In this document: one piece after another, positions 52,321 through 64,000 of the stretch
How positions within the stretch are numbered: position 1 is the first letter of the stretch
Layout: every line of letters starts with the position of its first letter
NCBI GenBank assembly: GCA_965235115.1
Contig: OZ249436.1
Coordinates: 58,590,001 to 58,654,000, forward strand
Direction: 5' to 3'
DNA length: 64,000 bases
Origin: Laetmonice hystrix
Lineage: Eukaryota
The notes under the pieces: generated by a model
What the model was told of the DNA's origin: nothing
The model's input: the letters and a program-made list of their open reading frames with translations, nothing else
Database searches by the model: none
Position numbers and translations under genes: made by a program

Positions 52321-55300
52321 GTCAACTGTCGCAATAAACTCATGTCCATTGCTTCAATATCCTGTACATGACAACACGTAAAAGGGTCCTGGTCATCAAC
52401 GCATCGGGTTGCCCTCGTTCTCGCTGTCAGCAATAATAGGTTTCTAATCATACATGTTTGTCCTTTGTGTCAGTGTCAGGACGTTCGGTACTGTCAGGGA
52501 CTTTGTACGTACAGTAATAATAAATGGATCATGGGATTCACATTTGATGGCACTCATATTTGGTGGCGTTGGTCTGCTATACATGGCAGACTATCAAGGT
52601 ACCATAGCTGAGAGTAACGTAGATTGATCGTCTTGGGACCGCTGTCTGTATCTACAGAACCTGTTTAATTTGTACACAAAGCACCAATTAACCAGACCAA
52701 TATTAGATGAGATGAGAAGACAGGCCAGGACATGAATCGAATACCAAGGGTCTTCAGCCACTGGTGTTAGGCTTCATGGTCGGTGTGTATCGGTGAAATA
52801 TATGGGTGTGCTTCTGTTTATGTTTCCACTCGATTAGTTTTGGGACGTGAAGTTCCAATAAAAATGTACATGATATTAGTCGTGTAGAACGGGCAGTTGG
52901 ATAATCCCATCCGTTTTAGTGCCCCTAGTATCTACTACTAAAACAAAAACTCTACTGTGATACACATTTTTGTTATAATACTTCTCCATTATCTCCTGTC
53001 AAATTGGTGTTTAATATTGATTTTTCTCCCTTGCCAAATTAAAGCTGTAGGTGTACTAGATGTGCTGAATTACCTAAAGTACGATGTACCACTAATTTCT
53101 GAATTCTATACCGCTGTCAGTGGATGAGTTCGGGAAAGGATCCTGATGACTGTCGGGGATTGAATCACCGGTCATCAACAGCTTTCTGTTTGAAAACTTG
53201 GTGTGTAGAAAATCCAAGAAAATATGGCGGAAATTTTACTTCTGTAGGTTTTGCTAATTTCCTGGTTTTGCTAATTTCACTTGTGATGTGCACGTATGAA
53301 TATTGGTTGATTCTCTCCAATATTAGGGTAATACTACTGTCTGAATGAAATATAATGTATAGGATGTATCATGATGGCGTCACTGTTATGTATAGCTTCG
53401 ATGGAAGGCAAACCTTGTGTAGACTTGTGGATACCTGAGTGCACTGCAACCCGCTGTCCCTAGAAATGAGGTGCACCATTTCTAGACTCTATAATATCTC
53501 CACAAGATTGTCTCAGGCTTGCCGTCGTCGCTAGCTTAATTAGTTCAACTGGCGCCGGTGTAATTATAATAGATCTTGGCATGGCGACAATCATCTTATA
53601 CTCTGTAACACCCTTGTGATCATGTTTACAGATCAGTAATCAGTACGGGTCGATCAGATGGCAAGCCTAGCTGCACTAATAAATGAGTGACCATACTCAG
53701 ATCTGTTTTCGAGGAACCGCTCTATGAGCATGCTGTGCTTAATTGCCCTAAGGGTAGCTGTAAATCACCCGCCACCCCCACCAGTACAAGAACAATGACC
53801 CTCCCCAATTAGACTCCCACTACGTGACTGAGTAGTTCCATAAAGCTTGACCCCATTTGCATTATTTCATTAAGGCTTGGAAGAATGACTCTGATTGAAA
53901 TTAATCAGCAGCGAAAACATAGAGATTTGTGTCTCGAAATTAGGCCCTGGCTTCCAGACGCATAGACTGGCTCCTAATGCTAATTATGTGCTGGGTGGTC
54001 AAACAGGTTTTAGACAGGAACCAATGTTTTCCCCCATAATATGTCGATTTGAAAATTTAGGAAAATTCGGCATTATAAAAAGTAATGGCAATATAATAAG
54101 AGTTCAGGTTGGCAGTAAGTTTTCACATTGACAGTTTACTTTAGGCTTTGATTACGACTCATTAATTCAGTATTATAAAGGCATTCTTATGTAAATATAT
54201 CCCTGTAAGTAATCCATCCATTATTTTACTTCCATTTAGATGTAATTCTAACATCATTTCAGCCGAGTAACATTTCCATCAAATTAATGACTAGACAGAT
54301 TTGTATTCATCAGCAGTATCAAATTATTAGATTAAGAAAAGGAAACCAGGCAGATCTTTTTTTAACATTTCTTTTTATTATTTAAAACGGGAGATAAACG
54401 ATGTTCGTATTGACAGTGAGTTTGTTAGGATTTTATTGAAACCTGTCAAACACCAGAAAGACACCCTAGGATGTCTTAGTTGTAGTTCTGTTGACGCCTG
54501 TTCAGGCTAAACGACACCACTGTCAGGGAATTATGGTGCAGACAAAAGCTGTAGACGACGTCGGCGGAGGTGCAGGTGCAGACAGCGATACTTTCCTTAC
54601 AACATTCGTGGGAAGACAAAGCATATATGGAGCGTTTTGAATGAGAAATGGTGCTTAAAATGGTGGTCCTCTTAAGTGGCATCTTGTGTCGTCTTTGTGT
54701 GTGTTCATGCCGAGGCATGTGCTATATTGTACCGTGTTCATATAGATAACGAGGCATTCACACAGGACATGTGTACATATAGATTTGTTTTTCTCACGTG
54801 TGTGTGTACTCTTGTTGACAAAATACTGTATTTCATCCGGCTTTCACAACATCCGATATTTCCTTGTTTACACTGCATTCCACTGTGAATATTTGATCCA
54901 AACTAGCGGGGCAACGATTTCAGGGAAGAATTTGCGTAGTTTCACCGGTACAATCAGTGTATTTGACCAACGAGAAAACGTAGTGACAATCAGATCGTCA
55001 TTATGAACAATCCTAAATAAATTATATATTGAGAGAAAAGATGTATACCGCGTCTGCTGCCTTTTATAATAATACCCATGCATTTTCCTTCGCGTTCATA
55101 TAATAACTGAGCTGACAAAATAGTTCACCCAGATTTGTGCCAAACGTGTGAGGCAGTCATGAAATGTTGATGAGATTGTGTATAGTCATTGTCGTCTGTG
55201 TCCATTGGATGGGGAGAAGGTTTTGTTTGGACTATGTGCCTGTAAAACTGTCCAATGTATACATACCGGAATCACTATAACTAATTGTTGATCACGACAA

Positions 55301-55370
55301 CCGTCATGTTGTCAGCAGGGAGACAGCAGCAGGGTTCCCACGTTGGTTTCACAGATTTAGTCCCAAGATA

Positions 55371-56227
55371 TATCGGGTGGATAAAAAAAACCGCCCCGAA
55401 CTTTAAACTTCAATATTTCAAAAAGTAATGATTGTAATTCAATGAAATTTTTCTTAATATCACTTCATGATGTTGTCTCTTAGTTGTTAATGTTACAACT
55501 CAATAGCTTGGATAATATTTCCGTGGGGCTAAAAACAAAAATCATTGTACAAAAGCGCAATGCCGGGCTAAAGTGAGTTGTAGTCGCACCCAGAGTCCCT
55601 GGCCTCACACTAGAGTAGGTGGTCAATCAGTCCCCCGTTTTCACTCCATACTGCTCTCAGTCTCTTTTTCCATGAGCCAATGCACTTCCCGATCTCTGAT
55701 AGGGAAATATCTTCCCAACATTGGGAAATACGCAACGTTCTGAACGTGTTGCTAAACGTGATAATGATACGATTTCCCTTGAACTTCTCGTTACAGTCAT
55801 GTCGTCCTAATGTTGCTGTTTCTTTGTAGGGTTTGGCACATTAAACATCTGTTTTCTCTAAAAGTACTAGGAATAGCACATATTTTATTATATCTAGTGG
55901 TCCACAACATTATACGTATTGTAAAACATGCAAAAACTAAATTTTGAATTTTTTTTACCCAAGGTACAATGCGGTGCATCAAACAGGTGTCAAATTGGAC
56001 ACCTTGCAGCTGCATGATATTTGACCTAATTCCGGCATTGCGTTTTTAGACACTGATTTTTGTTTTTAGCGCCACGGGATTAATATCAAAGCCATTGAGC
56101 TGCGACTTTAACATACCAGAGATAATATCATGAAGTGATATTAGGGGAAACTTTATTGAATTATAATGCATAGTTTTTGAGGTATTAAAGTTTAAAGTTC
56201 GGAGCGTTTTTTTTTATCCACCCGATA
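55371..56227. mobile_element. Non-autonomous DNA transposon (MITE), Tc1/mariner-type, 857 bp with 196-bp terminal inverted repeats
   Basis: Left arm 55371-55566 and right arm 56032-56227 are reverse complements of equal length; the outer 40 nt match 38/40 (TATCGGGTGGATAAAAAAAA...). TA flanks both ends (55369-70 and 56228-29). No transposase ORF inside. The superfamily is inferred from the TA target duplication. Confidence 0.9.
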
Positions 56228-59200
56228 TAAATGTCTATTTGAGGGGGTACCTCCCGAATGTGTCCTAGTTCCCGCCCCCTCCTGGGGCTAATGGTCAAGA
56301 AACAAAGGTGTCTTGTTGCAATAAATAGACAGCAATTGGCGCGCCATTAGTAGCTGAATCCGTCGATATTGAAACGGTAACCAGGGAGATGAGACTACAT
56401 TTGTTGTGCAAACATTGCCACCCACATCGTATCATGAACAGGACAATGGTTTCTAAAGATATAGGACACATGAGGAGTTATGTGTAATCAGCAGAATGTC
56501 TGGACACAGTGCCTTTATTTTAGCCCACAAGAACATCGTAGTTTGGCTGTATATAATATTCAGTGGTATGGCTCTACAGAAGGCGAGTCTGTATAATTTG
56601 CCACTCATGCTCTAATGATTAAGGAAACAGTTCTAACATTGTTTCACAGTATTGTTTCATTTCGTTTCAAATGGAGGTTGGAAGGGAATTTCCATCACAT
56701 CACATATTAAACTAACTCCCGTATTAGGCTTCAGTTGAAGAAAAAAGTCATACTGCAAGTATCAAGTGTCTATACTATTGTGTCCTGTAGAACGCTGCTC
56801 TGACAGTGGCCATTGTATGTGGGTTAACGTATGCCCAGTCAACAGTCTCAGTTGAACCCTATCCTACTCTGGACTTCTGCTAATTAAGTTGAACGCTCAA
56901 ACTCTGCCAGCTCGTGGAGATTGACGGTGGTGACCTGAGCCTATGTACACTGTGGATTGCCTTAGGACGGTCCATTGTATCGGCCCCACAAAGGGACTCA
57001 GTCACAGGGAAAGGGAAAGGATATCTCAGGCTGATACACACACTGCTATAGACACAGGTGTTTCTTGAGGGTTCCATCTCCGTGCCAAGTGAGCTCAAAA
57101 TGTTAGAGTAAGGATATCCCTGATGGAGTGAGTAACAGATACACGACCATAGCAGTTGTTTACATACCTGCACGTCAAAGGATTTCAAGGATGTTAAACA
57201 ACACTTTGCATGTACCGGAAAAGAAACGAATCAGGGTAAAGAAGACCGTATTTTATACAGGTCTAGTGTGGCTGTTCTATCGTCGATGGTGATAGTAATC
57301 AGAATCAAAAATAGGAAGTACGTTCTGTTTGTTCACTGAACACCACCCTACCATTGTCCTTCAATATAATGAGAATGAAAGGAATTTATATCGGCGAAGA
57401 ATTCAAACCAAGGTAACAAATAGTTTTCAGTTCAGGTTCAGCAAGAAGGTCAGTAAATAATGCATCAAAATTCAAATCCCTAAAGGAAGATAGCAAAATT
57501 TCTAAACAAGGTTCAGGTTGGTATTCTCAACGGATGCATTTATTATGGATATCTTCTTCACGCAGTTGGAGTTCTACCAGTTAAAATCTGTATTTCTTAA
57601 AATGCCACTTGGCGCCTTTTAAACGGGTAGAAATAAGTGAAATCAGTGAGCACCAGTTTGACGGGAACAATTAAGACGAACAAAAAACCGATGACACAGG
57701 TTTGGATGGTCCTAGGTGTGCAAGCACTAATGGCTCTATTTGGAAATTCTAATTTCTCACCAAGTTTCTTTTACGTCATTAATTTCGGTGAAACATGACT
57801 GCACCGCAAAAGAAGGTAGAAACCAAATTTTTGAGCTGTGTAGAAGAAAACTAACTCCAATTCCAATTGAATGTAAGAAAAGGAATTCAGTTGGTTTTTA
57901 AAACTACATTTCTCATAAAATTCTCTTTTGAGGAATTAATCAGAAAGACTTCTGCTTCAGGGATACTAAGGAGAGAAAGTATTAGACTTTTGCTGGTTTG
58001 GATAGCATTTCACTCGCTAAATGTCGAATATTAAATTAAAGCCACGTTAAGTAGTGTACTAAAACAAGCCTATGAAACCATGATTATAGTTGTACCAGTA
58101 ACACAACAATTAGCAGTGAGTTGTTCAGACGTTCGTCTCCGCAGTAAATTCAGCCAATTTTTCAGTCGTAAGGTGTCATACATTGTACCTAGGTTTGATT
58201 GAGCCGCACTCATTTTCTGAGACCAACGGATCCATGATGTATCGACACTGGGTAGATCGAGAGTGGCTATTTGTTTTGTAACTAAAATCAATACCACCAT
58301 TAAGTTATATATGAGCACGATGTTCTGAAGGCCTTTATGATGTTAAACTTCCAAGGAAGGTTTTAGTGACGGTGTATAGGATGTGTAAACCACATAATGC
58401 AGTGCATTCATTTAGCAACGTGCATGATCTTGTCACACTTGAATGCTTTGTTTTGATCAGCTGGATCCATAATCAAAACTATATAAATGAAACCTGCATA
58501 ATTTATATAGGCAGAGCTGAGTATGAAGTCACTAAAGTGTGAATGACATAAATGTAGCACATGCCAGACAGAAAGTGTGGAATGTCTGCTAGTGATTATT
58601 GTTGCCTTGCTCTGAGTCTATGGATGAGTCCCAACTTCACAGAAGGTGGTATAAAATATTCAGCGCAGAATATCTACATAGGCGAGGATTCTCTGGCCTA
58701 GGCAAGGCAGTAACAGTAACTATGCATCAGGTGCTGGATACCGTCCAACTTGCATCTGAATGGCTGTTATTTACAAGTGAGCATGAAGTGAGATTGCGCA
58801 GGTAACCCCACCTCTTACAATGCTATAACCTGTAAGGTCAGCGTGTATTCCATGTTACCAACACAATATAGCCGACTGGCTGCTGTTATGGGGATCCGAT
58901 AAAAAACAGCAGTCGTCCCTGATGGTTGGAACTGATACTGCAGATGACAGATTGTACTGAACTGCAGTGCAATTGCATGCGACTGCCCGCTTGGCTTGTA
59001 CCAAACAAGATGTAACACGGAGCTCATACGGCGGCACCGGAGCACGCAGGCTGCCGTCTCCCGGGCGCCTGCTGCTTGCTCCGGCGCAGCGCAAGGCGGT
59101 TCCTCAATGTCGCCTCGCTTACAATGCCGCCGCCGCCCCTTACACAGCTGTAGATCAAGGCATGGTTTCATAAGACACACAAAACACCCAGCACAAAGCG

Positions 59201-62200
59201 TCGCTTTGAAACGACTGCAGACAGGCCAAAGGGAAAGGGTCAGGATTTCTGGCGGGGGAGCATGTCGCCATGGTCCTCTCCTATCCTCGGTGAAGCTGGG
59301 ATACCGGCTGGATACTGCTCCGGATACAGGGAGCCAGCATCCATGCCTCGACTCCATATTAGCAACCATACTACCTCGGCTGGAGGAGGCCGTGAAAGTA
59401 GGCCACAGGCAACCGTGCCATCGGCTTCAGGGCCATCATCGCCAGCCGAGACAATAAATACTACATGGTACTGACATACAGCACACACACAGGGCCGTTA
59501 AATTTCTACATCCCAAACGGCCTGGTAGGCGTAAATAAACCTCCCAAAATAAGACCCGATCTGGTAAGATAACGGCTGATCTTCGCTATGTACGTCAGCG
59601 TGTAAGGATAAGAAAAATGGGTGTTTTGTTTACTGAACACCAAGTAATCAATACAATTAATTTTGTATGCCAAGCACTTGTCGTCCCAGGCTTTACACAG
59701 GAGCAGCAATAAAGGTCAAGATGCCTTCGGATGATACGGGAGCCATAATATGGTGTGCTAACAGTAGATGCTACACAGCTTTCTGGTTTTTATGAAGGCA
59801 GAACATATTACCTGGTCTTCAATGACATTTTTATGAATATTTTAGACACGGAACGCATAATGAAGACTTATTTTTGGCAGAGCAGCTGCACTGTGCATGG
59901 GAGGGCATCAGTGTGACAAAGGTCATATGGAGTCGGGAGGTCATTTTGGGTCCTGACATGGGCACCGGCTCATGTTCTAATTACCTCATCAGCTCTGGAA
60001 CGCTGTGACGTCAGCAGGTTATCACGGCACATCAGCTTGGCTTCGGGTGATATGAAAGTCAGCAGAAACGGTGCAGTCTCCTTATAAGGAGCATGAGCTA
60101 CATCCCTCGCCAGTATTGATGTACGTAGCATTTGCACATGATGTCATATGGAATTATTTGGCATTCTCAGCCTTTGGCACTGACAGGCGACTGGTGAGCT
60201 CGAGGAATATCAGATTTCCAGCTAGTATACATAGTATCATCTTACATGGACTGCACTAATGCCATCGCATCAGGCGCGCTATAGACACCTGAAAGTTGAT
60301 CATATACACCCAGTCCAAAGTGCCCTGATAACGTTTGTGTTTCTTCAGACAGTCTTAGCGTCCGTCCATGGCTAGTGTAATTCGATAAATACAAATGGCC
60401 TGGCCGGCCACGAGGTGTCAGTAGAAGGGCGTGCCGCGGGGGCTGAACCCCGAGCCAGACCCGTCGTGTGGCACATCCTGATTGAGTCTGTTTGATAGTT
60501 TGGGTTTTGTGTGAGGAAGTCTCCTGTTTGGCCAACTTGTGTGTAACTGATGTGACGCTGACATGCGGGGTTGGTAGGTGAGGCGGGAGGGGACGGCAGC
60601 GGATGCACGTCAGGGTGTACTTTGGCTGGCCGTTCAGGGCCACGCTTCTGCTGCCATGCTGCACTGGGCAAACCTAGTGGGGGCTTTTGATGGCAGATTA
60701 GTGCTATCCGCACACCACCAGCCATTTGTTATTCGTTATATGCCACCCCGGCAGACTGGTGGCCTGACCACTCTTTCCTGGGCGCTGCAGCTGCAATCAT
60801 TGAAGATGCGCAGCCTGAGATATTACAGCAGCGGGGTCCTCTGGCAGCAGGGCCAGTCAGCTGAGAATTGGTGCAGCAGTGGGCAGGGACGGATTGTGGG
60901 GCTGTGTACGTTCTGGAATGATAGCTTAGCTGGTATGGACCAAGCAACGGACAAAACGGAGCCATGCTTACTTGAGTGGTCCTCATATCCTTCCCTAACA
61001 CAGAACCAGCTGATGCACAGTCACCTAGAATGCCTGCTAATTGAAGGCATCAGGCAGGGATGAGGGTATATAATTTGGCCGACCAATGATGTGGAATTGA
61101 GGCTGGATCTATATCGATCCAGCTCGGAGACAAGCAGTCACCAGTTTCTGAGACCCAGTCCAAAAGAGCTGGTGGCACAAATGTGGCACAACACAATGTA
61201 AATTCAACTGAGATCAATATTGGAGATTGTTGCCGTTTTTCTTCCATTGACACTGCGATGTAGAGAGTGGTGAAACACAGGCCTCCGCCACTGGCTGCGC
61301 TGATATGGCCGTGATCTCCGGCGATGCTGTCAGGCCCTGCAGCCTTGGTTTCTTTTCAGTCCCAATCGTTAGCAGCAGCTGACTTTGATTCAAAGAATAA
61401 CCCGAGCGACGTGGTGGTTATATATACCATACCCGGGTACTCTTTGTTATGGGGTTCAAGGTCATAACGATGTCAGGCATGCAAGTTTATCATTTCCAAC
61501 GTCACCTAAATGCTACCTAGTAACGATGAACTTGATGGGCTGGGTAACGAGTAACCCTCCAGGATATCTCCAGTGGAAGTTTCTAGTTTGTCACCTCACA
61601 TATAATGCAAATGCACTCTCAAAACTATTTGAAATTGTATTCGGGCGGCCACTCCCATGAAACAGTTGGGTTACAAATTAGTGCAAAATGGGCCAGAGCC
61701 CTAACACAGAATCAATATACAGTGGTCCCCTGCTATATTGGTCAATTTGTGCTTGCCCACATGGCCAGTCCAGAATCGTGTTAATATTCCTGATGGCACA
61801 GGGTAATGTCCTCCTGCGAGCAGCATCACCATTACATGGGCACAACTGTTATAACAGGGCAATGTGGGAACACAAGTACTAACAAGAATCAATGCCATCA
61901 AGTAGGCCTTACCACTCAATCTGACGACAGGTCGGGGAATCTAGGCCTGTGCTTGCGAATGAACGCTCATGGTTTTTGCGGGGGTGGGGAGACAAGCCTT
62001 GGGGCATTATGAAGGAAAAAAAGAGAAAATAGTCAAAGTGAATTGACTGAGAAGGCGTTCACTTCACCGTTATTAAAGACTTAACGAAAAGGGGTGTCCT
62101 TAACGTCAGGAAACGGTATAACTGCCCTTCCGAAGCGGACGTTCACGTGGTCTGGAGGATTACATAGAAGGTGGAAGTGTGCGGGTTGTCACAGACATCA

Positions 62201-63772
62201 GGCCTGGCCACTCCCCCCGCCTAGTTTACTGACCCGCCGGGTGGCCCGCTGAAGGTGCCCCATCTCCAGGTATTGGTCTATCGCCCCGGTTTGTGTTGGC
62301 AAGGACGTGCAATCATTACGTACTGCTGCTCTGAAATATCGTCTGAGGAACAGTCAACATATTCTCCTATAAATGCCTTGGAGGTAAATGAAACCGATAC
62401 TCTACACTGACTCCGCAAGACCTTGTACCTTGAGATAAACTGCTCTGTGTTATTGAGGCGGATGTACTATGGAAGGCTGGTTGACAAGAGGATTAAATGC
62501 GGGATGATAGTGCCGATTTACTGGTTGTCGCCGGTAATCGAGAGCAGATTTGGTATCTCCAATTTCAAATTTACGGTAATGTATGATCATTAGAAATAAC
62601 AGAAAAAAGGCATACGTTTACCGGCATGAATCAATCTGGTATTTCTGTTAGTGCCTCAGTTATATAGAAACATTTGTTATGTGAACACGGTTTAGATCAA
62701 TATCACCTGCTCACTGCGTATTGATATGATATGCGATATGGCGCAGCGTTGCATTCCAGTCGTCAAATTCCGCGTTTCGTCGTCACCGACTGGAATCATG
62801 TGACGCTGTAGGTAGTGAGGCGGAGTGACGGACGGTTGGAGCGTCCTGGGCGGGACACAGCTCCAGCAACAGCATCCATAAATCACTGCTATTAAATGCC
62901 ATCATCTGTGTTTGGCGAAGTGCTAATGTGACATGAATGCTTGATGGTGAATTAATTGTTGGAGGCGGGAGGGATGAGAGGAGGGGCAGCAGCATGAGGT
63001 CCGGCCAGGCACAAAATGATGTGCCGCGGACGGAATATAGCGCTTGTCTTCGGCACCGGTGTCGCGACTTTGTGGCTCCTGGAGACAAGCCAGGAGGGCC
63101 GACGTGGGCACGGTATGCATGGTGGTGTTCGTACGTATTGCTGGGATGCACACTGGGGCATGCTAATATCTGAGAGGTGTCCTCGTGTATTCAAATGGTT
63201 GACATATGGCTCCCAGTTTGGCCCTCTTCTTAATTATGGCAGCGGGTGAGAGCAGGCAGTCGTCGGTTCGCCGGTACCAGGGGCTGATTTTCTGGCCCGA
63301 CTGAGGCCATTCTGCTCATAGTGTGTATGCCATTCAGCCAGAGTAACCTGAGTAAACTGAAGCAAAGGTTAACCCCAAACTGCAGCCACATTTGCCTATT
63401 GACATGCGGCATCACGTACGGTTATGCCCTCCAGTGTTACCTCATGAATGCTGTGTTTACCATGAAGATGTTTCAACTCATGCCAACTCCGACCCATTAG
63501 GAGCGCTGCCAATTAGTTTCAGTTTCACCGCATGTATTGTTGTGTTGTGTTTTAAGGTAGATGAAATAACGCGCTAAATTGTTTGTGTTGTGATGTTGCC
63601 TGGAAATGTCGACGGACTTGTGAATATAACGGGCCTCGTGGTTTTTATAATGATTCACGGAAATAATTCCATTCCAGGTGATAAAAATCACAGGCGTAAA
63701 CAGTGACTGCGCACGCACAGTGTTAGTGAGGAAGAAAGCTAGGTTGGAATGAATAAAACGAAGGGACGGGTG

Positions 63773-63773
<1 letters not shown>

Positions 63774-63809
<36 letters not shown>
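63774..63809. repeat. (CTG)12 microsatellite
   Basis: 12 uninterrupted CTG units counted directly. Confidence 0.97.
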
Positions 63810-63810
<1 letters not shown>

Positions 63811-64000
63811 CATTGACGGCCTGAGGTTGTGGGACTGTGCCGTGACAGGGAGATCTGGTCTTTTTTACAGGTCATTGATCTTTCCTCTAAGATGTGAAGG
63901 GGTCAGAGGTGATTGGCAATGTGGATCCCTGCTCATGTGCCATCCGTGTGGGGTCCATCTGCATGCCGGTGATTACCGTGTGGGAGGGATATTCAGGTGG

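Noticed and set aside
58070-58318. THAP-like words (RLKNWLNLLRR) in a minus ORF
   Set aside because: The C2CH zinc ligands and the FP and HF motifs are missing.
58996-59474. Homeodomain helix-3 (IKAWFH) or C2H2 zinc-finger (SRHGFIRH) readings
   Set aside because: The invariant WFxNRR Asn/Arg residues and the paired Cys/His spacing are absent.
1-64000. ProtoRAG/Transib or RSS-like system (several CACAGTG/CACTATG heptamers, e.g. 12473, 26046, 42281)
   Set aside because: For the heptamer checked in detail (26046) there was no nonamer at 12 or 23 bp, I saw no paired TIRs, and there is no RAG1/RAG2-like ORF. Heptamers occur at about chance frequency.
1-64000. Most of the 60-120 aa ORFs in the supplied track
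   Set aside because: Their lengths are expected by chance, many use GTG/TTG starts that are not meaningful in a eukaryote, and they overlap on both strands without recognisable domains.

Overview
This looks like eukaryotic, gene-poor DNA (mostly intronic or intergenic), not a prokaryotic or phage window. There are no operons, no long intact ORFs (longest is 184 aa and unrecognisable), and I saw no rRNA, tRNA or CRISPR array. The moderate GC, retained CpGs and repeat style suggest an invertebrate deuterostome such as amphioxus; this is inference only. Well supported: a 38-bp tandem array of 19 units (45849-46589), a 69/58-bp composite minisatellite (about 23420-24174), an 857-bp non-autonomous TA-flanked DNA transposon with 196-bp terminal inverted repeats (55371-56227), two CTG/CAG microsatellites, a G24 tract and four short direct duplications. 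Tentative, from motif resemblance by eye: decayed DIRS/Ngaro-type tyrosine-recombinase retroelement pieces, a Penelope-like GIY-YIG relic, a pentraxin/LamG-like exon and several isolated minus-strand exons, which may belong to one large gene that I could not assemble. The most interesting signals are a textbook recursive-splice-site plus RS-exon arrangement (24607-24712, minus), an array of C/EBP-ATF composite sites starting at a putative splice donor, and a tandem pair of CTCF-like motifs. I did not find a convincing novel multi-gene system.
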